From the NCBI GenBank assembly GCA_963621315.1, contig CAVFDV010000003.1, positions 1-37,673 of the forward strand: DNA of 37,673 bases. Direction: 5' to 3'. Origin of the DNA: Oscillibacter sp. MSJ-31. GTDB lineage: Bacteria > Actinomycetota > Coriobacteriia > Coriobacteriales > QAMH01. Numbering within the stretch: the first letter of the stretch is position 1; each line of letters starts with the position of its first letter. Below the pieces are notes generated by a model that had not been told where the DNA came from, searched no databases, and was given only the letters and a program-made list of their open reading frames with translations. Shown here one piece after another: positions 22,725 through 30,463 of the stretch. A program made the translations under genes and the position numbers.

Positions 22725-24908
22725 CTACTTTCCGCGCAGACGTGCGAGAAGCCGCGTGAAAAAGCCGCCTTGCGCGCGCTTGTGCGCCGCGTCGCGCTCG
22801 GCGGCCAGCAAGTCGAGATGCTGCAGCGGCTCGGCGGCGAAATACTCCTGGGCGCATACGCGCGCCTCGTCTTTTCCGCGCTTCGGCAGGCGGTAGCTGC
22901 CGTCGGATTGCAGCTCGCGCGCCTTGCAGTTGTCCTCGAAGAGCTTGTGCATGTAGCGCACGACGTCGTCTTTCACCAGCGGGTCGAGCACGTGCACGCC
23001 TATCTCGACGCGGTGCACGAGGTTGCGCGTCATCAGGTCGGCCGAGCTGAGGTAGACCTGCATGCCCTCGCCGGCGCCGAAGCAATAGACGCGCGCGTGC
23101 TCGAGGAAGCGCCCGGCCACGCTGCGCACGGAGATGTTGTCCGTCTTGCCCTCGATGCCCGGCAGCAGGCAGCATATGCTGCGCAAGTTCAACTGCACCT
23201 GCACGCCCGCGCGGCTGGCCTCGGAGAGCTTGTCGATGATGTCGCGCTCCGTCAGGGAGTTGGCCTTGAGCATGATGCGCCCCGCGCTGCCCTTGGCGAT
23301 CTCCTTGTCCATGAGCGCCAGATAGGTGCGCTTCATGTTGGCCGGGGCGACGAGCAGCGTCTCGTAGGCGCCGTTCAAATTGCCGATGAGCATGTTTTGG
23401 AAGAAGGCGACGGCGTCGCGCCCTATGCGCTCGTCTGCCGTCATCAGGCATATGTCGGCGTAGAGGCGCGCCGTCTTCTCGTTGTAGTTGCCCGTGCCGA
23501 TCTGGACGAAGTTTTGCACGCGCTCGCCCACGCGCCGCGTGACCAGGCATATCTTCGAGTGGCACTTGTAGTCGTCCGGGCCGTAGATGATGTGGCAGCC
23601 GGCCTCCTCCATGCGCCGCGACCACTCGATGTTGTTGGCCTCGTCGAAGCGCGCGCGCAGCTCCATCAAGACGGTGACCTCTTTGCCGTTTTCAGCGGCC
23701 TCGGCCAGGTAGCTGGCCACGCGCGAGTCGCTGGCCAGCCTGTAGAGCGTGATCTTCACCGAGACGACCGAGGGGTCTTGCGCGGCCTCCTTCAGCATGC
23801 CGAGGAAGGGGCGCATCGAGTCGTAGGGGTAGAAGAGTATGCGGTCGTGCTCCTCGATCTGCGCGAGTATGGAGCGGTCCTCGTCGAAGGCCATGGAGTC
23901 GCGCGGCTGGTGCGGCGGGTAGCACAGCTCGGCGCGCATGGCGGCGGGCAGCGCGTCGCCCAGCGCAAAGGCCCAATTCGCGCAAAGGGGGCAGGTGCTC
24001 GAGAACACCTGCGTCTCGCCCAGCTCGAGGCGCGGCAAAAGCAGCGCGCCCAGCTCGCGGGACAGCTTGCCCTCCACCTCGAGGCGCACGGGGTTCAGGC
24101 GGTTGCGCTTTTTCAGCATGCGCGCGACGAAGGCGCGGTAGTCGATCTCGGTGTCGTCGAACTTGTCGTCGTCGAGGTCGATGTCGGCGTTGCGCGTGAC
24201 CGAGACGATGCAGGCGTCCGAGACCTTGTAGTTAGGGAAGAGGCGCTCGACGTTGTGCAAGACGAGCTGCTCGGTGCGCACGAAATGCAGCGGGTTGTCG
24301 GGGTCGGAGATGTAGGGGGGCAAATCGGCCGGCACCGGCACCATGCCCATCTCCTTGGAGCCGTCGCCGTCGGAGAGCAGCATGACGATGTAGAGGCCCT
24401 TGTTGCGCAGGAAGGGGAAGGGGTGGCGCTCGTCGATCACCTGCGCGGACAGCAGCGGGTGGACGAAGGCGCGGAAGTAGTCGCGCGCGAACTTGCGGTC
24501 CTTCTTGCCCAGCGTCTCCAGGTCGACCTCGACGATGTCGTGGGCGGCGAGCTTTTTCATCAGGTGCTTGTAGACCTTGTCGCGCTGCTTGACGAGGGGG
24601 CGCACCGCCTCGAAGACGGCGTCGAGCTGTTCGAGGGGCGTGCGCAGCGACTTGTTGTCGCGGTCGTCGGGCGCCCATGCCGCGAGGTCGAAGAGGCTGC
24701 CCACGCGCACGCGGAAGAACTCGTCGAGGTTCGTGGTGAAGATGGAGACGAAGGTCAGGCGCTCGAAGAGGGGCACCGTCGAGTCGGAGGCCTCCTCGAG
24801 CATGCGGTTCTCGAACTGCAGCCAGGAAAGCTCGCGGTTTTGCGTGTAGCTCACGTCGGGTTTCTTGCGCGTGCGGCCCTCTGCTGCCATGTCCGTCGTC
24901 GCGTGCAT
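22725..24908 (-). CDS. ppk: Polyphosphate kinase 1
   Basis: Motifs NRELSWLQFENRMLEEA, FTTNLDEFFRVRVGSL and two PLD-like C-terminal domains (CHSKICLV.., ..RNLVHRVE). GAGGAG precedes ATG 24908. Confidence 0.95.
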   Translation of the reverse strand: MHATTDMAAEGRTRKKPDVSYTQNRELSWLQFENRMLEEASDSTVPLFERLTFVSIFTTNLDEFFRVRVGSLFDLAAWAPDDRDNKSLRTPLEQLDAVFEAVRPLVKQRDKVYKHLMKKLAAHDIVEVDLETLGKKDRKFARDYFRAFVHPLLSAQVIDERHPFPFLRNKGLYIVMLLSDGDGSKEMGMVPVPADLPPYISDPDNPLHFVRTEQLVLHNVERLFPNYKVSDACIVSVTRNADIDLDDDKFDDTEIDYRAFVARMLKKRNRLNPVRLEVEGKLSRELGALLLPRLELGETQVFSSTCPLCANWAFALGDALPAAMRAELCYPPHQPRDSMAFDEDRSILAQIEEHDRILFYPYDSMRPFLGMLKEAAQDPSVVSVKITLYRLASDSRVASYLAEAAENGKEVTVLMELRARFDEANNIEWSRRMEEAGCHIIYGPDDYKCHSKICLVTRRVGERVQNFVQIGTGNYNEKTARLYADICLMTADERIGRDAVAFFQNMLIGNLNGAYETLLVAPANMKRTYLALMDKEIAKGSAGRIMLKANSLTERDIIDKLSEASRAGVQVQLNLRSICCLLPGIEGKTDNISVRSVAGRFLEHARVYCFGAGEGMQVYLSSADLMTRNLVHRVEIGVHVLDPLVKDDVVRYMHKLFEDNCKARELQSDGSYRLPKRGKDEARVCAQEYFAAEPLQHLDLLAAERDAAHKRAQGGFFTRLLARLRGK

Positions 24909-24956
24909 GAAAACATCTCCTCGCCAAGTGTCGCGTGCCGTCTGCTGTACCCGCCC

Positions 24957-24962
24957 ATTCTA
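24957..24962 (-). promoter_or_regulatory. Candidate -10 (TAGAAT) for ppk1
   Basis: The minus strand reads GGCGTAGAATGGGCGGG about 48 nt upstream of ATG 24908. Confidence 0.4.
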
Positions 24963-25161
24963 CGCCACGGGTGCCGGGCGGCGGCGGCGCGCGGGGAAAA
25001 GGAGTGCGGGGAAAGGGGGCGCGGCCGGCGCGGGTGAAAGGGCGCGCCCGCGCACGGAGGAAGGCGGGGCAGGCGGGAAAGGACGGCGGCGCATCCAGCG
25101 GGGATGGCGCGAAAGGCGGGTGAAAAGGGCGGCGGCAGCGCGTGGGGAAAAGGGGTGCGGG

Positions 25162-27318
25162 TCAGTCCGCGCGGCGCAAGGGCATGTGGGCCTGGGGGTC
25201 GGCATCGAGCGCGGAAAACTCGCCGGCGCGGAACAAATCGAGGGCGACGAGCGCGATCATGGCGGCGTTGTCGGAGCAATCCGCCGTCGGCGGGAAGAGC
25301 ACGCGTATGCCGTGCGCGGCAAGGCCTGCGTGCAGCGCGTCGCGCAACGCGGGGTTGGCGGCGACCCCTCCCCCGACGCACAGGGTATCGACCTGCGCCT
25401 GCTCGCATGCGCGAAGCGCCTTTGCCACCTGCACGTCGATGACGGCGGCCTGAAAGCTCGCCGCGAGGTCGGGGATGTCCAGCTCCATGCCCGCCTCCTC
25501 TTGCTGGCGTATGTAGGTGACGACCGCCGTCTTCAAGCCGGAAAGCGAAAACGAGAGGTCGCCGCTGTGCAGCATGGAGCGGGGAAAGCGTATGGCCTGC
25601 GGGTCGCCGTCTTTCGCGTAGCGCGAGAGGACCGGCCCTCCCGGATAGCCCAGCCCGAGCGCCTTTGCCACCTTGTCGAAGGCCTCGCCCACCGCGTCGT
25701 CGAGCGTCGAGCCGATCGTCTCGTAGTCGCCCCAGGCGCGCACGTGCACGAGCATGGTATGGCCGCCCGAGACGAGCAAGGCGACGAAGGGCGGCTCGAG
25801 CGCGGGGTCGGTGAAGAGGTTGGCGTAGAGATGGCCTTCGAGGTGGTTCACGCCGATGAAGGGAAGGCCCGCCGCCCAGGCCGCGCCCTTCGCGAAGGCA
25901 AGCCCGACGACAAGCGAACCCACGAGGCCCGGCCCTGCCGTGGCGGCCACGGCACAGAGGTCTGCCCAGGAAAGGCCGGCGTCGGCAAGCGCCTCTTGCG
26001 CGGCGGGCACGATGGCCTCCACGTGCTTGCGCGAGGCAATCTCCGGGACGACGCCGCCGAAGCGCGTGTGGAAGTCTATCTGGCTTGCCACCACGCTGGA
26101 GAGGATGCGGCGGCGCCCGTCGATGACGGCGACGGCGGTCTCGTCGCACGAGCTTTCCACGGCAAGGATAAAGGGGGCGGCCGGCGCGGACGGCGGCGCG
26201 GCGACGGGCGCCAAGCTGCCGGGCGCACCTGAGCCGGCGTCCGCAGCATCTTGCGCGGAAGATGCGGAAGCGCCGGCGGGCGCCGCAGCATCCTCGCATG
26301 CGGCGCCCGCCGGCGCGGCGGCCTCTTCGTGCGCAGCGCCCGCCTGGTCCCATGCCGCCCGGGAGGCCTCGCTTTGCGCGGGCGCGGCGGCCACGTCCGC
26401 GCCGCCTTCGGCGTCCACGTCCGTCCCGAAGCTCACCCCGTTTGCCGCGAGCACCTTGGCAGGACGCGGGTCCAGCCCCGCGCGCGTGCGCTCGTTTTCC
26501 TCGGCATCCGACAGGCGCGTGTAGACGGGAAGGAGCATGCCCGCATCGCCCGCCCCCGCTTCACCTGCGAAAAACGCGGCGGCAAAGGCGCGCAGCAGCC
26601 CCTCCCCCGTCGGCGTCCACAACGCCTCGTCGGCACACGAAAAGCCCGCGTCCTCGAACATGGCGCGGTACTTCGCCAACCCGTTGCCGCACAGGAGCAT
26701 CGCAGGAGCCTCGTCTGCCCAGGCGCGCGCCACGTCGGCGGGCGCGGCCACCGCGTCGGCGTCGAGGCGCGCCACGCCCGCCTCGTCCAGCTCGTAGCGC
26801 ACCGGATAGACTTCCTTGCGCATGGCGTCGGCCACCACGCCCAGACGCCCGCGCATCCCGGCCGCGTGCGCATGCCAGGCAATCGCATCGAGCGTCGAGG
26901 CGCCGAAAAGGGGCAGGCCGGCACCGCATGCGATGCCCTTGGCCGTCGCGATGCCAATGCGCACGCCCGTGAAAGACCCAGGCCCGCGTCCCGCGACCAC
27001 GGCGTCTATGTCGTGCAGGGAAAGGCCGGCGCGGGAAAGCACGCGCGAGGCCCGCTCGAGCAGGCGGCAGTTTGCCTCGCGGGGGGCCGGTGCGTCGTCT
27101 GCGGCCAATATCTCGAGGATTTTTCCCCGTGCGTCGATGCGCCCGGCGCCGATCGCCAAAGTCTCGCTTGCCGTGTCGAAGGCAAGGACTGTGCCGCCGG
27201 CAAAGGCATGCCCGGCTGCGGCAGGTCCGGCGGCCGGCTCTGTTGCGGCAGACCCGGCAACAGAGCCGGCCACAGCGCGCCCGCCCGCGCCCCGCACGTT
27301 CGCTTCCGGGCCGTTCAC
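25162..27318 (-). CDS. tsaBD: Fusion protein: TsaB (YeaZ)-like N-terminal half, Ala-rich linker, TsaD (Gcp/Kae1) C-terminal half
   Basis: N-terminal half: VLAFDTASETLAIG..GRGPGSFTGVRIGIATAKG. C-terminal half: ILAVESSCDETAVAV..GGVVPEIASRKH..GVNHLEGH. No stop codon and no ATG/GTG/TTG start lies between the halves. The N-terminal start is uncertain (GTG 27318 overlaps the upstream TGA). Confidence 0.85.
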   Translation of the reverse strand: MNGPEANVRGAGGRAVAGSVAGSAATEPAAGPAAAGHAFAGGTVLAFDTASETLAIGAGRIDARGKILEILAADDAPAPREANCRLLERASRVLSRAGLSLHDIDAVVAGRGPGSFTGVRIGIATAKGIACGAGLPLFGASTLDAIAWHAHAAGMRGRLGVVADAMRKEVYPVRYELDEAGVARLDADAVAAPADVARAWADEAPAMLLCGNGLAKYRAMFEDAGFSCADEALWTPTGEGLLRAFAAAFFAGEAGAGDAGMLLPVYTRLSDAEENERTRAGLDPRPAKVLAANGVSFGTDVDAEGGADVAAAPAQSEASRAAWDQAGAAHEEAAAPAGAACEDAAAPAGASASSAQDAADAGSGAPGSLAPVAAPPSAPAAPFILAVESSCDETAVAVIDGRRRILSSVVASQIDFHTRFGGVVPEIASRKHVEAIVPAAQEALADAGLSWADLCAVAATAGPGLVGSLVVGLAFAKGAAWAAGLPFIGVNHLEGHLYANLFTDPALEPPFVALLVSGGHTMLVHVRAWGDYETIGSTLDDAVGEAFDKVAKALGLGYPGGPVLSRYAKDGDPQAIRFPRSMLHSGDLSFSLSGLKTAVVTYIRQQEEAGMELDIPDLAASFQAAVIDVQVAKALRACEQAQVDTLCVGGGVAANPALRDALHAGLAAHGIRVLFPPTADCSDNAAMIALVALDLFRAGEFSALDADPQAHMPLRRAD

Positions 27319-28814
27319 GATATCTCGGTGAGTATGCGCTGACCTTCGGTGATGGTGCTGCCCTGGATGATCAGCTGGCCGTCGTCTGCCGTGTCGAGGA
27401 TCTGCACCTGGTGCTGCTTGGTCGTGCTGTCGTTGTAGACCACCTCGACATAGGCGTAGCTGCCGCTTTGCGAGACCGCCTTGGACGGCACGTAGTAGAC
27501 GGTGCTGTACTCCTTCAGCTCGATGGCGGCGGAGACCTCCATGCCCACCTTCGCGTTGTCGGCCTTGTCCAGCGTGAGGGTGACCTCGTAGTAGCTGGTC
27601 GAGGAATCCGACGACTGGCCGGAAGCCGAGCCGGAGGCCGCGTTCGAGTTCGAGCTCGAGCCGGACGCCGCATTGGAGTTGGAGTTTGAGTTGGAGCTGG
27701 CCGCGTGCTGCGTGCTTGCGCTGGTCTGCTTGGTCGTCGAGCTCGCGTTTGAAGAGGAGTTGCCGCCCGTGCCCGCGTTCGCGTTCGAGCTGTCTTGGCC
27801 GGACGTGCTCGCCGCGACGGGCGCGTCGCCCACCTTCGAGACGGTCGCGTTGATCGTCTGGTCGGGCAGCGACGAGGACGTGACCGTCGCCTTCAACCCC
27901 GTCGAGATGGTCGCGATCTGCGAGGCGGGCACCGTCACGACGGCGGTCAAGGTGGCGAGGTCGGCTATCTGCAGCGCGGCGCCTTGCGAGTTCACCGCCT
28001 GCGAGGTCATGCCCTTTTGCACCTTCAAGTCCACGACCGTGCCGTCTGCCGGCGCCACGACCGTGAGCTTTTCCGCCTTCGCCGCGGCGCTGTCGTAGGT
28101 GGTCTTGGCCGCATCGGCGGTCTTTTTCGCCGTGTCCACCTGGGCTTGCGCCTTGTCCACCTCGCTTTGCGCGTCGTTTATGGCCGCGTCGTAGGCCGTC
28201 GAGTCAAACGACGAGGCGCCCGACGACGCGGTGACGGGGACCACGGCAGCACCACCCGGGCGCGCGGCGGATTGCCTTTGCGTCGAGTTCGACTGCTGGC
28301 CGCGCTGCTGGCGGGCGGCCTCTGCGGCGTCGCGGGTCTCGGCCGCCGACTTGGCCGCGTCGCGGGTCTCCTGCGCCGACTTCAACTTCGCGTTGGCCGA
28401 TTCGAGCGCGGTGTTTGCCGCCGTCAGGGCGGCGCCGGCCTCGTCGTAGTTCGTCTTCGCGGTGTTGGCCTCCTGGGTGATCTGCGCGTTGTCGATGGTG
28501 AAGAGGACGTCGCCCTTCTTCACCGTATCGCCCGACTTCACCTTCACGTCGTTTACCGTCCCGTCCACCTCGGGGCTGACAGCCGAGCTGGACGCCGCGC
28601 GAAACGAGCCGCTCGCCTCCACCTTCGGGGCGTAGCTCGAGGCCGTGAGCTGCATGGTCTGCATCTGGCCGACCTGGCGTATGTGGCCGGTGAACAGCTG
28701 GGTGAACAAGTAGGCGCCCCCGCCGAATATGATAAGGGCCACGACCACGACGGCGACGACGATGCCCGCCGTGCGCTTGCCGTTTCTCGTTGCTCCAAGA
28801 CCGCTTTTCGCCAT
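27315..28814 (-). CDS. HlyD/MacA-type membrane-fusion (periplasmic adaptor) protein with an S/N-rich insert
   Basis: N-terminal TM (IVVAVVVVALIIFGGG), lipoyl-like halves (VDGTVNDVKVKSGDTVKKGDVLFTID / VVAPADGTVVDLKV), a coiled-coil hairpin and a beta-barrel end (YYEVTLTL..VGMEVSAAI). Confidence 0.85.
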   Translation of the reverse strand: MAKSGLGATRNGKRTAGIVVAVVVVALIIFGGGAYLFTQLFTGHIRQVGQMQTMQLTASSYAPKVEASGSFRAASSSAVSPEVDGTVNDVKVKSGDTVKKGDVLFTIDNAQITQEANTAKTNYDEAGAALTAANTALESANAKLKSAQETRDAAKSAAETRDAAEAARQQRGQQSNSTQRQSAARPGGAAVVPVTASSGASSFDSTAYDAAINDAQSEVDKAQAQVDTAKKTADAAKTTYDSAAAKAEKLTVVAPADGTVVDLKVQKGMTSQAVNSQGAALQIADLATLTAVVTVPASQIATISTGLKATVTSSSLPDQTINATVSKVGDAPVAASTSGQDSSNANAGTGGNSSSNASSTTKQTSASTQHAASSNSNSNSNAASGSSSNSNAASGSASGQSSDSSTSYYEVTLTLDKADNAKVGMEVSAAIELKEYSTVYYVPSKAVSQSGSYAYVEVVYNDSTTKQHQVQILDTADDGQLIIQGSTITEGQRILTEIS

Positions 28815-29092
28815 GTTCTTTATCCCGTTCTACGCAGGCTCTCGACGGGGTGCATGGTACCCCAAAGCGCCCGCCTTGGGCTATACGCGCGCGGGCGTGC
28901 GGCACAGCGCCGCCTATTCACACAATCGGTCTGCATACTCTCGATGCCAAGGCGCATAGTTGCCAGAGCCGACGAAGTAACACACGGGGGCGCGCCGCAG
29001 GACTGTCTCGCAAGCCGAGCTTGTGATACGCGCGAAAATACAAGTTGCGGCAACAGAGACACCGATGGATGCCCCGTTTTCTAAAACCTGGA

Positions 29093-29365
29093 TCAGGCGG
29101 CAGTTTTCGAACGAGCCGCCTTCTCGTGCTGTTCGTCGACCCACTCAACAAGAGCCGTGTTAATCAGCGCCTGACGGGCAATGCCGCGGCGAGACGCTTC
29201 CTTTGCAAGGGAATCGAGCAGCCAAGGAGGCAAAGCAATGCTGACCTGCTCCGCTCCGCATGTGTCCGTAGGACCCATCTGCGGATGCTCGACATCGAAA
29301 TAGTCCAAGACATCTTCACCCGCATCAAATCGGTCGAGTAAATTTTCAGCTGTTGTGACGGTCAT
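29093..29365 (-). CDS. brnA: BrnA-type antitoxin (CopG/RHH C-terminus)
   Basis: 90 aa from ATG 29365. Contains ..VSIALPPWLLDSLAKEASRRGIARQALINTALVEWV. Overlaps the brnT 3' end by 20 nt. Confidence 0.8.
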   Translation of the reverse strand: MTVTTAENLLDRFDAGEDVLDYFDVEHPQMGPTDTCGAEQVSIALPPWLLDSLAKEASRRGIARQALINTALVEWVDEQHEKAARSKTAA

Positions 29366-29612
29366 AGCAGCTCCTTTCCCCCGGTGTCGACAATCTAACA
29401 GATATGAGACACACAGCATCGTCTCGTTGCGTCCAGATTGCGGACCAATACTCGCCATTGACAATGCCGATGGAAAGCTTGCGGTCTTCGCCCTTTCTCC
29501 GCGAGGAAAATGTGACGAGCCGCGCATTCCATATGGCGCAGCCAAAAGACAACGGTACACCATGCTTTTCCTCATTAGCGATACTCTTGTTCTCGTCCCA
29601 TTCGAAACGCAT
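29346..29612 (-). CDS. brnT: BrnT toxin (DUF497 ribonuclease family)
   Basis: The start MRFEWDENKSIANEEKHGVPL is the hallmark F.WD..K...N..KHG. AAGGAG lies 6 nt before ATG 29612. Confidence 0.88.
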   Translation of the reverse strand: MRFEWDENKSIANEEKHGVPLSFGCAIWNARLVTFSSRRKGEDRKLSIGIVNGEYWSAIWTQRDDAVCLISVRLSTPGERSCYDRHNS

Positions 29613-29638
29613 AAGCGCTCCTTTCCAACTTTGCCCGT

Positions 29639-29647
29639 AGCATAGCA
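29639..29647 (-). promoter_or_regulatory. Candidate extended -10 (TGCTATGCT) for brnTA
   Basis: The minus strand reads CTGCTATGCTACGG about 27 nt upstream of ATG 29612, directly after the upstream terminator. Confidence 0.4.
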
Positions 29648-29660
29648 GGCGAGAAGACGC

Positions 29661-29686
29661 AAAAAAGCCTCGCAGTGCGGTGCGAG
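29661..29686 (-). terminator. Rho-independent terminator after the J-domain gene
   Basis: The minus strand reads CTCGCA-CCGCAC-TGCGAG, then GC, then TTTTTT (A6 at 29661-29666 on plus). Confidence 0.6.
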
Positions 29687-29694
29687 CGGCGCGC

Positions 29695-30387
29695 CTAGAC
29701 GCGCGAGGCGCCGTCTTGGATCTGGGAGGTCTGGGTCGATTGGGTGGCCGAGCTGCCCGACCCCGAGTTCGAGGCGCCGGAGAGTATGCCGTAGCGCAGC
29801 GCCGAGCATCCGCCCAGCAGCAAGTTGATGACCAGGTTTATCGCGATGATGGCGATGACGATCTTCAGGCAGCCGCCCGTCTGGGTCTGCGCCTGCTGGC
29901 GGCGCTCCTGCCACGCCTGCTGCTGTTGCTGTTGCTGCTGCTGCCAGCCCTGCTGTTGCTGCTGGCCTTGGGCCTGGCGGGCCCACTGGCGAAACATCTC
30001 CTCGAAGGGGTTGGCCGCGCCCGCGTTGCGCTGCCCGCTGCCGCCGGCGGCGCGCTCGTCGAAATCGTAGCCGGCAAACGGCCCGTACGAGGCGCTGCCC
30101 TGCTGCCTGCTGCCGCCTGTCGAAGAGCCGGTGGACGTGCGCGTCTGGGTATGGGGGCTGCCCGTGTGGCCCGGCCTGCCCGCCGACGCGCGCGGGCCGA
30201 AGGGCGTGCCGTTCATGATGGAATCGTAGGCAGCGTTGACCTCGGCCATCTTCTTGGCTGCGGTCGCGTCCCCCGGGTTGAGGTCGGGGTGGTACTTTTT
30301 GGCGAGCTTGCGATAGGCGCGGGTCACCTCGTCTTTCGAGGCGCCCGCGCTCACGCCGAGCACTTTGTAGGGATCGGTCTGCGTCAT
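29695..30387 (-). CDS. J-domain (DnaJ-like) membrane protein with a poly-Q segment
   Basis: J domain [38 protein letters not shown]-rich run ([21 protein letters not shown]). One TM helix ([20 protein letters not shown]) and a Ser-rich tail. Confidence 0.85.
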   Translation of the reverse strand: MTQTDPYKVLGVSAGASKDEVTRAYRKLAKKYHPDLNPGDATAAKKMAEVNAAYDSIMNGTPFGPRASAGRPGHTGSPHTQTRTSTGSSTGGSRQQGSASYGPFAGYDFDERAAGGSGQRNAGAANPFEEMFRQWARQAQGQQQQQGWQQQQQQQQQAWQERRQQAQTQTGGCLKIVIAIIAINLVINLLLGGCSALRYGILSGASNSGSGSSATQSTQTSQIQDGASRV

Positions 30388-30394
30388 CTTGCCT

Positions 30395-30400
30395 CTTATA
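30395..30400 (-). promoter_or_regulatory. Candidate -10 (TATAAG) only 7 nt upstream of the J-domain ATG, so the mRNA may be leaderless
   Basis: The minus strand reads GCTACTATAAGAGGCAAGATG. The same bases could instead act as an SD (GAGG) for a longer transcript. Confidence 0.3.
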
Positions 30401-30463
30401 GTAGCGTGCCTACTTGAAAAAGCCTTGGACTATCGCCCGTTCTTCGGCAACGTTTCAGCAAAC

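Noticed and set aside
22164-25037. 957-aa ORF antisense to ppk1 (and overlapping vapBC)
   Set aside because: The same high-GC antisense artefact. It has low-complexity R/A/G/V/H composition and no start context.
471-25161. The dispersed GTGCGGG motif (471, 6575-6622, 21262-21295, 25004, 25155) as a regulon signal
   Set aside because: My rough estimate is that a 7-mer of this composition would occur on the order of tens of times by chance in about 75 kb of two-strand high-GC sequence. Only the tandem array at 6575-6622 stands out.
29366-29986. The 297-aa ORF (29093-29986) extending brnA upstream across brnT and into the J-domain gene
   Set aside because: A run-on frame. Only the last 90 aa, from ATG 29365, match BrnA, and the upstream part overlaps two supported genes out of frame.
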